Part shown: one piece after another, positions 10,891 to 19,608 of the stretch
How positions within the stretch are numbered: the first letter of the stretch is position 1
Layout of the letters: the number at the start of each line of letters is the position of its first letter
Source: an uncultured Chloroflexia bacterium
GTDB taxonomy: Bacteria > Chloroflexota > Limnocylindria > Limnocylindrales > CSP1-4
Assembly (NCBI GenBank): GCA_963768655.1
Contig: CAVYIM010000005.1
Coordinates: 352,001-416,000 of the forward strand
Direction: 5' to 3'
DNA: 64,000 bases
The notes under the pieces: generated by a model
Seen by the model: only the letters and a program-made list of their open reading frames with translations
Databases searched by the model: none
What the model was told of the DNA's origin: nothing
Position numbers and translations under genes: made by a program

Positions 10891-11894
10891 CGCCGACCGG
10901 TGCGAAGCGGTCCGGATCCGGCGCCCGTTCTCGCGACCGCGGCCGCGATCTCTTCGATCTCCCCGGCCGACAGGACGAGCGACCCGCCCGGGAGCCAGCC
11001 ATCGACCTGCTCCGGGCTGCGTGCGCCGACGATCGCGCCTGAGACGCCCGGCCAGCCCAGCACCCAGGCGAGGGCGACCGCCGAAACGGAGGTCGCCCGG
11101 CGATCGGCGATCAGCCTCAGGGCGTCGCGCAGGGCGATGTTGCGGGACAGCGCCGGCTCGTTGAAGTTGGGCGCCGTGCGCCGCCAGTCGTCCTCGGCCA
11201 TGGCGGCCACGCGCGACCGAGAGAACGAGTCGGTGAGAATCCCCGACGCCATCGGGCTGTAGACGATCACGCCGGTCCCGTGAGCGGCGGCCCACGGGAT
11301 CACGTCGGAGGCCGAGCCGCGCGCGATCAGCGAGAACGGCGGCTGCAGCGATTCGACGTGGCGGACGCGCTCGCAGCGCGCCAGCAGGTCGACGCCGTAG
11401 TTGCTCACACCGATGGCCCGAACCTTGCCTTCGTCCACGAAACGGCTCATCTCGCCCCAAGACTCTTCGACGGGGACACCGTATTCGTCCGGCCAGTGGA
11501 TCTGGAACAGGTCGATGCGCTCGACGCCGAGGCGCCGGAGCGAGGCTTCGCAGTCACGCCGGAGCGAGGCCGGCGCCGAGATCCGCTTCGCCGGGGTGCG
11601 GGGATTCTGGGGATCCCAGACCAGGGCGCACTTGGTGAACACCAGGGGCCGGGCCGAGGCGGGAATACGCGCCAGGGCTCGACCGACGACTTCCTCGGAG
11701 TGGCCGAGGCCGTATACCCCTGCCGTGTCCACCCAATTCACACCCTTGCCGACGGCGTGGACTATCGCCGCAATCGAGTCGTCGTCGTCCTGCGGGCCCC
11801 AGCCGAAGGCCCAGCCCCCGCCGCCGACCGCCCACGCGCCGAAGCCGACCGTTGTGATCTCAATGCCGCTGGTCCCAAGCTTTCGGACGTTCAT
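10887..11894 (-). CDS. Aldo/keto reductase
   Basis: GFGAWAVGG, DTAGVYGLGHSEE, IDLFQIHWPD, GKVRAIGVSN, YSPMASG. Confidence 0.93.
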   Translation of the reverse strand: MNVRKLGTSGIEITTVGFGAWAVGGGGWAFGWGPQDDDDSIAAIVHAVGKGVNWVDTAGVYGLGHSEEVVGRALARIPASARPLVFTKCALVWDPQNPRTPAKRISAPASLRRDCEASLRRLGVERIDLFQIHWPDEYGVPVEESWGEMSRFVDEGKVRAIGVSNYGVDLLARCERVRHVESLQPPFSLIARGSASDVIPWAAAHGTGVIVYSPMASGILTDSFSRSRVAAMAEDDWRRTAPNFNEPALSRNIALRDALRLIADRRATSVSAVALAWVLGWPGVSGAIVGARSPEQVDGWLPGGSLVLSAGEIEEIAAAVARTGAGSGPLRTGRR

Positions 11895-12002
11895 GTCCTC
11901 TCTCCTTCGGTGGCGGACGGTGGCCCAACGCGACGTCTCCGCTCATTGTGCCGCGTCGGCGCCGGGAGACGGCATCCGCATGCCTCGCGTACCCTCTTGT
12001 AG

Positions 12003-12533
12003 ATGAGCAATCGCAGAAGCGCCGGCATCCTGCTGTACCGCCTCCGTGCGGGACGCGTCGAAGTTCTGCTCGCCCATCCGGGCGGCCCGTTCTTCGGCCG
12101 TGCGGACGCCGGCAACTGGTCCATCCCCAAGGGCGAGCCGGGCCCGGACGAACTCGACATGGAGGTCACGGCCAGGCGCGAGTTCGAGGAGGAAACCGGC
12201 CATCGGGTTCCCGCCGGGCCCCTGGTCGATCTCGGCACCGTGAAGCAGAAGGGCGGCAAGGTCGTCTATGCCTGGGCAACAGAAGGCGACCTCGACCCGG
12301 CGACGGCGACGAGCAACACCTTCTCGTTCGAGTGGCCGCCGTTCTCGGGCCGGACGAAGACCTACCCCGAGATCGATCGCGTCGAATGGTTCGCGCCGCA
12401 GGAAGCCCGTCTCCGGATCAAGGCGGCTCAGGTACCTCTGCTTGACCGGCTCGAGGCCGCCCTGGCGGCGCCCGGCGAGCGGGGCGGTCCGGGCGACCTC
12501 GGAACCCCCGGCGACGGCACCGCGGCCCGATGA
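12003..12533 (+). CDS. NUDIX hydrolase
   Basis: SAGILLYR, HPGGPFF, WSIPKGE, AREFEEETG-type Nudix box. Confidence 0.9.
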   Translation: MSNRRSAGILLYRLRAGRVEVLLAHPGGPFFGRADAGNWSIPKGEPGPDELDMEVTARREFEEETGHRVPAGPLVDLGTVKQKGGKVVYAWATEGDLDPATATSNTFSFEWPPFSGRTKTYPEIDRVEWFAPQEARLRIKAAQVPLLDRLEAALAAPGERGGPGDLGTPGDGTAAR

Positions 12534-13333
12534 CGCAAGCCGACGGAGCAGTCGTCGATCTGCGCGGCGTCTCGGTCATTCGATCGGGGACGCTGCTGCT
12601 CGACGGCGTCGACTGGCGGATCGGGCCCGGTGAGCGCTGGGTCCTGCTCGGCCCCAACGGTAGCGGCAAGACGACCCTCATGGCCGTAGCCTCCACCTAC
12701 CTGTGGCCCTCCCGTGGCGAAGTGGCGGTTCTGGGTCGGGCCGTCGGCACGGTCGACATACGCGAGTTGCGCAGAAGCATCGGCATCGTCAGCGCCGCCC
12801 TGGAGGCCCGCATCCCGGGCCAGATCAGTGCCCTGGAGGTCGTCCTGGCCGGCGCCACCGGAGCCATCGCGCCGTGGTGGGAGCGCCACGGAGCGCGCGT
12901 CCGAGGCAAGGCCCGCGAGATGCTGGAGCTGGTCGAATGTTCGGCCCTGAGCGAGCGGCGCTTCGAGCTGCTGTCCTCCGGCGAGAAGCAGCGCATCCAG
13001 ATCGCCCGCGCGCTGATGCCCGATCCCTCACTCCTGCTCCTCGACGAGCCGGCTGCCGGGCTCGATCTGGGCGCTCGCGAACAGCTCGCCCTGTTGCTGT
13101 CAGCGCTGAACGAGGATCCACGTCTGGCGGCGATCGTCGTGGTCACGCACCACGTCGAGGAGATCGCGCCCGGGACGACTCACGCGCTGGTCCTGCGAGG
13201 CGGGAGGGTCGTCGCCTCCGGCGCTGCCGGCGACACCGTGACCGGCCCCGTGCTGTCGGACGCGTTCGGCTTGCCGCTGGTCCTGCACCGGGTCGGCCAG
13301 CGGTTCACAGCGAGAGCCGCCTCGGCCTCCTAG
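12530..13333 (+). CDS. ABC transporter ATP-binding protein (ModF/YlmA-like)
   Basis: Walker A GPNGSGKT, signature LSSGEKQR, Walker B LLLLDEP, H-loop VTHH. Confidence 0.9.
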   Translation: MTQADGAVVDLRGVSVIRSGTLLLDGVDWRIGPGERWVLLGPNGSGKTTLMAVASTYLWPSRGEVAVLGRAVGTVDIRELRRSIGIVSAALEARIPGQISALEVVLAGATGAIAPWWERHGARVRGKAREMLELVECSALSERRFELLSSGEKQRIQIARALMPDPSLLLLDEPAAGLDLGAREQLALLLSALNEDPRLAAIVVVTHHVEEIAPGTTHALVLRGGRVVASGAAGDTVTGPVLSDAFGLPLVLHRVGQRFTARAASAS

Positions 13334-13405
13334 GGCGCGCAGCCGGCGAGCTCGCGGCGAAGCAACAGCCCCGCCGGACCGCGGCCCGCGACCGCCACGA
13401 CCGGC

Positions 13406-14059
13406 CTATGGCCGCAGCCAGTCGATGCTGGGCCACTCCTCCTCCGGGATGGCTTCGGGGGCGACCGAGATGCGGGGCTCGTGCGCCGACGACGCAAGAG
13501 GCGCGTCGGGCGCGGCGGGCATTACGGCAGAGGCGGCGGCCACACCCTGAGTCCGGGCCCGCACCGACGCGGCGAGACGGAGCCGGCGCCGCCTCGGGGA
13601 GCCTCCGATCGCGCGGACGGCCTTGTGGACGGCCGCCTCGCGGGCGATGGCGCGAGTCTGTCGCGACGCCCCGGTCCCGCGCCCCGGGACGTCGATCGGT
13701 CCGGGCGCCACCTCGATGGCGACCCGGCCATGGCCTCTCTGCAACGGCATCGCGACCGTCTCGACCGGCCCGTTTTCGGGCGCCCCCTCTGTCGTCGAGG
13801 CGGTCGACGGCGCCGCGTCGCGAGCTCCGGGGATCGTCATGACCCGCAGGGAATCGAGGCGGCTGACGAGTTTGAGCGCCTCCTCGACCTCGCCGGCTCG
13901 GACGTCTCCCTCTGCCACCGCCTGATTCATGCGGAGCCGCCGTTCCTCCGGATCAAGATCGATCAGATCATCCAGGACCTTCTGGCGCCGCGCCTCGCGC
14001 GCAGCCCGATTCCAAAACACTTGTTTGCTCCTGCCGCTGGCGTTGGGACGAACGGCCAA
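13406..14059 (-). CDS. Hypothetical protein
   Basis: 217 aa; helical-looking N-terminal part, low-complexity tail ending EEWPSIDWLRP; TTG start uncertain. Confidence 0.6.
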   Translation of the reverse strand: MAVRPNASGRSKQVFWNRAAREARRQKVLDDLIDLDPEERRLRMNQAVAEGDVRAGEVEEALKLVSRLDSLRVMTIPGARDAAPSTASTTEGAPENGPVETVAMPLQRGHGRVAIEVAPGPIDVPGRGTGASRQTRAIAREAAVHKAVRAIGGSPRRRRLRLAASVRARTQGVAAASAVMPAAPDAPLASSAHEPRISVAPEAIPEEEWPSIDWLRP

Positions 14060-14417
14060 CCGAGAAGGGGAACCGACCTCTGGCAGTCACCAGCGGCGGT
14101 CGAGAATGGAGCGGCTGGATCTACCCGACCAGCCTCCCACGAGGCTGCCACACCGCCCCCCGCCGGACAACGGCTCCGCCCGATTGACGCACCAGCCGGC
14201 ACAAACGGAAAAGTTCTCCGAGTCGCTGGATCAGGCTCAACCAGAGGGAGGCGGCCGGCGGCACCGCCGCTGGCGGCGCCGTCGTCGGACCGCTGACCGT
14301 GCCAGAGATGCTGGCATGCGGGTCCGCCGGCAGCCGCCCCGGCTCGAGCTATCCAGCGGGCACGGGCGGAAAGATACGAGGCGATGGAACGCGTGTTAGC
14401 AAATCTAGAGCATTGCG

Positions 14418-14540
14418 TCAGCGGGGGATGATCGTCGGTCCTCCATCCGCCAGAACGGTCGCTACCGGAAGCAATGCCAGAGCGACTGCCAGGATCCAGG
14501 CCAGAACGAGAGCGCGAAGGCTGAACAAGCGGAGCGACAT
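14418..14540 (-). CDS. Small secreted propeptide (40 aa), candidate signalling peptide
   Basis: Manual translation MSLRLFSLRALVLAWILAVALALLPVATVLADGGPTIIPR*; SD AAAGGAG ~7 nt upstream; basic n-region, hydrophobic core, V-L-A cleavage motif; below the ORF-track size cutoff. Confidence 0.8.
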   Translation of the reverse strand: MSLRLFSLRALVLAWILAVALALLPVATVLADGGPTIIPR

Positions 14541-14610
14541 TGGGCGACTCCTTTCGGGAGGTTGGTCGCCCGCCTGGAACCCGGCCGGCGCGGCTCCGTC
14601 GGCGCCCCGA

Positions 14611-14640
14611 ATCGTACGGAAGGTCCGCCTGCGCGGTCAA
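14611..14640 (-). promoter_or_regulatory. Sigma70-like promoter of the propeptide gene
   Basis: Minus strand TTGACC-N18-TACGAT. Confidence 0.6.
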
Positions 14641-14679
14641 GTGCTACTGAACCTGTAGGCATCCAGGCACCGGCGCCTG

Positions 14680-14708
14680 TTCAAACTGCCTCACAAAGGT
14701 CGTAAACT
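14680..14708 (+). promoter_or_regulatory. Sigma70-like promoter of the XRE-TPR gene (probably leaderless mRNA)
   Basis: TTCAAA-N17-TAAACT, then 6 nt to ATG 14715; no SD. Confidence 0.55.
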
Positions 14709-14714
14709 GTGTCC

Positions 14715-16010
14715 ATGCCTAGAGTCAGCGCCACCCGTCCCAGAGTCGACGATTCCCCACTGGCCAGGAAGATCGGCGAGCGGCTGCGGAAGGCGCGGCT
14801 CGCCGCCGGATTGACCCAGACCCAGCTGGCCGAGCCTCGCTATACCAAAGCCTACGTAAGCGCCCTCGAGAATGGCCTGAGCCGTCCGTCGATGGCGGCC
14901 CTGAACCACTTCGCCGGACGACTGGGGATACCGGCCAGTCAGCTCATCAACGACGAGCCGGCGGCGTGGGCCCGGCTGGAAGCCGACCTCCTCCTGGCCT
15001 GCAGCCGCTGGGATGAGGCGATAGCGGCGTATTCAAACCTTCTGGAGGCCCCCCAGCCCTCGGGCGCGCGGGCAGAGCTTCTGCGCGCTCTGAGCGAGGC
15101 CATGATCCGCAAGGGCCAGGCCGGAGATGCCATCGCGCGCGCGACTGAGTCCGCGGAGTTGTTCCGGGGCGCCCGTCGCGATGCCGACGCCGCCATGGCC
15201 GAGTACTGGGTTGCCGCGGCGCACTACATGCTGGAGAACACGACCGAGGCGAAAGCGATCCTGAACGCGATCCTGGCTCGAGTGAGAAGTGGCCTCAGGG
15301 TCGAGCCGGATTTTCAGGCCCGCATCCTGATGTCACTCTCATCCAACGAGTCGCTCGACGGCAACCACAAGGCGGCTCTGGCATATCTGGAGGAGGTTCG
15401 CGGCCTGGACGCCGATCTGGACGACCGCCGTCGCGCCGCCTACATGTTCGATCTGGCCTACAGCTACCGGGAGACCGGCGACTTCGAAGCAGCGGTTCGG
15501 ACGGGGATCATCAGCCTGGAGCTCTACCGGCGGGCGGAGGCCGAGCGCGAAACCGGGGCGCTCGAGAACGACCTGTCGATGTCGTACCTGGCTCTCGGCA
15601 ACTCAACCAGGGCAGCCGAGATGGCGGCGTCGGCTCGGGCGCGGTTCGAGCGGCTGGACGACAAGTGGTGGCTGGCCTTCGTACTCGACAGTCAGGCCCG
15701 GATCGCACTTGCGCGGGGCTCCGCCGACGAGGCCGCCCAATACGCCGGGCAGGCTCTGGAGCTTGCGCGATTCAACAAGAACGCGAAGGCCTCCGTCGAT
15801 GCCCTCCTGACCCTCGCCCGAGCCCGCACCGCGCTGGGCGACGGGGCGGGCTGTCTCGCCGCCAACGAGCAAGCCGCCGAGCTGGCCCGGCTGGCGGGCA
15901 GTCCGTCACTCGTCCGCAAGTCGCTGCGCGATCTGGCCGACGCGCTGGCGGCTTCCGGCGATCACGAACGCGCCTTTGCCCTGATGCGCGAGGCGCTGAC
16001 GGCGTCCTGA
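14715..16010 (+). CDS. XRE-HTH + TPR-repeat transcriptional regulator (RRNPP-like architecture)
   Basis: IGERLRKARLAAGLTQTQLAEPRYTKAYVSALENGLSRPS HTH followed by all-helical TPR-like repeats (LAYSYRETGDFEAAV, ENDLSMSYLALGNSTRAAE); 431 aa. Confidence 0.9.
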   Translation: MPRVSATRPRVDDSPLARKIGERLRKARLAAGLTQTQLAEPRYTKAYVSALENGLSRPSMAALNHFAGRLGIPASQLINDEPAAWARLEADLLLACSRWDEAIAAYSNLLEAPQPSGARAELLRALSEAMIRKGQAGDAIARATESAELFRGARRDADAAMAEYWVAAAHYMLENTTEAKAILNAILARVRSGLRVEPDFQARILMSLSSNESLDGNHKAALAYLEEVRGLDADLDDRRRAAYMFDLAYSYRETGDFEAAVRTGIISLELYRRAEAERETGALENDLSMSYLALGNSTRAAEMAASARARFERLDDKWWLAFVLDSQARIALARGSADEAAQYAGQALELARFNKNAKASVDALLTLARARTALGDGAGCLAANEQAAELARLAGSPSLVRKSLRDLADALAASGDHERAFALMREALTAS

Positions 16011-16192
16011 GCTAGGTCGCGGACGGCCGCATCCCGGGGCACCAGGTCGGTGCCGGTCGTCACCACTTCCTCCAGGCGGAGTTGCCCGGCCGCGCTCGGC
16101 CGCGAGCTAGTGGCGCTCTGTGGCGTGTGATCGGCGTGAGAACCGCGCGAGGCGTGGTACACTCCCATTGGACTCGCACTCGACGGGGGACC

Positions 16193-16486
16193 ATGACTGT
16201 TCCGACCCAGACCATCGCCATCCGCGCCGTTCGCAAACTGGCGCCGGTTCCCTGGTGCCATGACGGCTGTAGTGGTCTCGCAATTCGAGCGCGGGCCGAT
16301 GTGCCGTCTTTCGATGATTCGATGATCCGAGGTGGCATCATCCGCGGCGCCGTCTCGTGCGAGCGGCTCACCGTCCTCGATCGGGCCATCAATCGTGAAC
16401 TCTGGCCGCTCGGCTACGTCGCCCATCTCGAACGCGGCGTCGCCGACGGTGGCGTGGTCGTGGTGGAGATCGCGGCCGGACGCTGA
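16193..16486 (+). CDS. Hypothetical protein (97 aa)
   Basis: RBS-like GGGGGA before ATG, TACACT -10-like box upstream; sequence MTVPTQTIAIRAVRKLAPVPWCHDGCSG... Confidence 0.65.
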   Translation: MTVPTQTIAIRAVRKLAPVPWCHDGCSGLAIRARADVPSFDDSMIRGGIIRGAVSCERLTVLDRAINRELWPLGYVAHLERGVADGGVVVVEIAAGR

Positions 16487-16662
16487 CACGGCATCGGGCC
16501 GACGCATCCTTGGGGGGAACGCCTCGGCCCGATGTCCCGATTGCTGCCTGTCGGCGTCTCCACTCGGCGATCGCAAGCCGGGCACGCACAGATAGTCGCG
16601 CAAATCCCCCACTCCCGGTTTCTTCCCTGGCACGAACGTCGCCGATGCGGCACGCTGACGCA

Positions 16663-17730
16663 ATGCCGACGCCGACGTCAGAACCTTCGACCGGAGCGAA
16701 CCCCCACGATCCCGGGGCGGATGCGTCCGGCGAACGAGCCGTCGCGGTGGCCCGAGCCGCCGCCGTCCCGATCGTAACCGCCGCCGGAACGACGATCCGC
16801 ATCGGGACGGCCTCGTGGACGGATCCGACCATGACGGCGCCGGGTGTCTTCTATCCGCGCGGCAGCGATTCTGCCGAAGAGCGCCTCGCGTACTACGCCG
16901 AAACCTTCCCGATCGTGGAGATCGATGCCACGTACTACGCCCTGCCGAGTCCGCGCGTGGCCGAGGCCTGGGCGGCGCGCACTCCGCCGGATTTCGTCTT
17001 CGACGCCAAGGCCCACGCGCTCATGACCGGCCAGCCCACCGAGGCGAAGAGACTGCCGAAAGATATCCGCAACGCGCTGCCGCCCGAACTCGCGGCCCGG
17101 CCGCGACTCTATGCCCGCGATCTCCCGCCCGAGCTGCGCAATGAAGTCTGGAACGCGTACCTCGCCGGGCTGCAACCCCTTCGCGCCAGCGGCCAGCTGG
17201 GCTCTGTGTTGCTCCAGTACCCACGCTGGTTCTTCCCCACGAGCGAGAGCCGCGATTTGATCCTAGAAGCCAAGCAGCGGCTGGGGGACGTTCGCTGTGC
17301 CGTTGAGCTGCGCAGCGAGACCTGGTTCAACGACAAGAACCGAGAGCGGACGCTCCACTTCCTGGCGGACAACGCCATTCCCTTCGTGATGGTGGACGGG
17401 CCGCAGGGTCTGCGCAGCAGCGTGCCGCCGATCGTGGCCGTGACCTCGCCGGAGCTGGCGCTCGTACGGTTTCACGGCCGGCGCGCCGAAACCTGGGAGG
17501 CCAGCGGCATTCCGGTCGTAGAGAGGTTCCGCTACCTGTACACCGACGAGGAGCTGGCGGAGTGGGTGCCACGGATCCGCGAAGCGGCCGAGGACGCGCG
17601 CGAGATGCACATCCTGATGAACAACTGCTACGCGAACTACGGCTCGACGAACGCCCGGGAGCTGGCCTCGATGCTCGAGGCAGAGCTGACCGGCGGCGGG
17701 GCAACTGAGGGATCCGGCGCGGGCGGCTGA
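16663..17730 (+). CDS. DUF72 domain protein
   Basis: IRIGTASWTD, VEIDATYYALPS, LLQYPRWF, VELR, VRFHGR, YLYTDEELAEW, NNCYANYG. Confidence 0.92.
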   Translation: MPTPTSEPSTGANPHDPGADASGERAVAVARAAAVPIVTAAGTTIRIGTASWTDPTMTAPGVFYPRGSDSAEERLAYYAETFPIVEIDATYYALPSPRVAEAWAARTPPDFVFDAKAHALMTGQPTEAKRLPKDIRNALPPELAARPRLYARDLPPELRNEVWNAYLAGLQPLRASGQLGSVLLQYPRWFFPTSESRDLILEAKQRLGDVRCAVELRSETWFNDKNRERTLHFLADNAIPFVMVDGPQGLRSSVPPIVAVTSPELALVRFHGRRAETWEASGIPVVERFRYLYTDEELAEWVPRIREAAEDAREMHILMNNCYANYGSTNARELASMLEAELTGGGATEGSGAGG

Positions 17731-17912
17731 GAGACTCTCCCTCAGACAAGGCAAACGGCCCGGGGAGGGGGGCCCGAGCCGTTTGCGGGAGAGCGCGCCG
17801 TCACTCGCGCCCGTGGAAAGATCGGGACCTATCCTGCGGCTCCGTCGCGGCGTCGGCAGACCGCGCCAGAGCGCGTTCCATCTCATGGATCACGACGCGG
17901 GACGACCCCCAG

Positions 17913-19058
17913 GTGGCCCGGCAGGTGACCCAACCGGCGTTCATGGCAGCTTCCAGGGGTCGTGAGAGTAATATCCGACCCCCGGACAACCCAGCGAAGG
18001 CACAGCTCACGAGAATGCAGCGCCGTCCACCGCCTCTCCGCGACATCCACGACTCGGGTCCCAGGTCGCCGGAAACAGTCTCCGGCAGAGAGGATGTCGA
18101 TCGCGTCCCGGTCGGACCGGTTCGAACGGACTCGAGCGCGAGGGCCTACGGCGCCATTCTGGGAGATGGCTTCGCCAGCGAGGTCGAACGCGTCGGGGGC
18201 CGCCGGCGCCTTCGTGGCGAGGTCGTGATGCTGGCGGCGGGCCTGGTGTTCCTGGCAGCCGCCCTGATCAAGCCATGGGCGGGCCCCGTGCCCGTCGCGA
18301 CGGCGTCCCCGAGCGCGGCACCGTCTCTTCCGGCCGAGATCGCCGTCGTGCCGGCGCCGACGACGACGCCCACCCCGACGCCGACGCCGAGGGTCTTCCC
18401 GGACATCCCTCCCTACGACTACCGCGGGCCGTACCCGTTCAAGGCCACGCCCTCACCCACCGCTCCTGCGCCCGTCGTCCTCGCCCACCCGCCGAGCAGC
18501 TGGTCCGCGGTCGACTGGAGCGTGTTGAGCACGACCGATCCGCACACCGACTGGGGCTTCGCGACGGCCATGATGGCCAGCGGCGCCGACAACCCCGCCG
18601 GCCCAGGCGCCTTCTCGCCGACGACCAGCTGGGTCGCCCTGGGTTCGCCGCCCATATACTCCGCGGTGCCCCTGGTGCAGGGTCGGAATGTCTACGCCGT
18701 GGCCGTGACCTGGCCGAGCGATCTCGTAGTCAGCCGCGTCACGATCGTCTACCTGGGCGGTCCGGAGCACCCGGTATACCTCCCGCCGGCTGCATTCCTG
18801 CCGGACAGCCAGGTGGCTCCCCTTCCGGCTGCCAGCGTGGCGTCGTCCTCGGCTGCCCCGAAGATGGCAGCCAACTCCGTTCGCTCGGGCGAGTTCCTGA
18901 TCCCCCCTACCAGCGCGTCGTCGACCGTGGCCCCAGGTTCGATCACCGCCGCCTGGCAATCAAGTCCGTGGCCTTGGCCTTATGGCGCCTATGAAATCAG
19001 CGTGACATCTGCGTACGGGACACGGAGGGTCGTGCTCGACCTGCTGCTCACCGACTGA
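17913..19058 (+). CDS. Hypothetical membrane-anchored protein with Pro/Thr-rich stalk
   Basis: TM VMLAAGLVFLAAALIKPW, PT-rich linker, beta-rich C-terminal domain; start uncertain. Confidence 0.65.
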   Translation: MARQVTQPAFMAASRGRESNIRPPDNPAKAQLTRMQRRPPPLRDIHDSGPRSPETVSGREDVDRVPVGPVRTDSSARAYGAILGDGFASEVERVGGRRRLRGEVVMLAAGLVFLAAALIKPWAGPVPVATASPSAAPSLPAEIAVVPAPTTTPTPTPTPRVFPDIPPYDYRGPYPFKATPSPTAPAPVVLAHPPSSWSAVDWSVLSTTDPHTDWGFATAMMASGADNPAGPGAFSPTTSWVALGSPPIYSAVPLVQGRNVYAVAVTWPSDLVVSRVTIVYLGGPEHPVYLPPAAFLPDSQVAPLPAASVASSSAAPKMAANSVRSGEFLIPPTSASSTVAPGSITAAWQSSPWPWPYGAYEISVTSAYGTRRVVLDLLLTD

Positions 19059-19172
19059 GGCCAGCCAGGGGCGAACCGATCGGCGGACTGCCGCGCCAGG
19101 CACGAATCGACCGCCCGGCAAGCCGCACGCAGCCGCTGCCAGCCGCTACCATCGTCCCTCTCGCGGCACGGT

Positions 19173-19203
19173 TTGACTCTCCGGGCGCCTGAGGGTCGAG
19201 GCT
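19173..19203 (+). promoter_or_regulatory. MerR-type promoter/operator
   Basis: TTGACT-N19-GAGGCT with dyad GACTCTCCGG-gcg-CCTGAGGGTC (8/10 match) in the long spacer, directly upstream of the MerR remnant. Confidence 0.7.
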
Positions 19204-19228
19204 CCGCGCGTCAAGCACAAGGGGAGGG

Positions 19229-19547
19229 ATGCGCAATCTGCTGCCGATAGGCCGGTTCTCGGAGGTACGCCGGCTCTCGATCCCGGCCCTCCGTCACTAT
19301 GGCGAGCTGGGCCTGTTGCCGCCGGCGGGTCGGGTGATCACCACGACGATCCCCGGCGGCCTGGCGGCGGCTACGGTTCACGCCGGCCGCCACGAGAAAT
19401 CGGCCCGGCCTATCGCACCCTCGGCGAGTGGGTCCAGGAGCGCGGCCACGAGACGCCGGCCCGCCACGCGAGATCTACGTGGTCGGTCCGGACCAGGCGC
19501 ACGACACAGGCGCGCTGCGCACCGAGATCCTCTGGCCGGTGCGGTGA
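19229..19547 (+). pseudogene. MerR/BmrR-family regulator remnant (HTH start fused to GyrI-like tail)
   Basis: MRNLLPIGRFSEVRRLSIPALRHYGELGLLPPA joined directly to GRVITTTIPGGLAAATVHAG; two frameshifts then give IGPAYRTLGEWVQERGHE and PPREIYVVGPD...LRTEILWPVR*. Confidence 0.8.
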
Positions 19548-19608
19548 GCTCCCAAACCGCCGTCGGGCGCGCGCGACCACTTGCCGGGCGCGACGATAGG
19601 GCCGGCTG

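Noticed and set aside
17751-17786. c-di-GMP-I riboswitch
   Set aside because: GCAAACGGC simply pairs with GCCGTTTGC; better explained as a 3' hairpin after the DUF72 gene.
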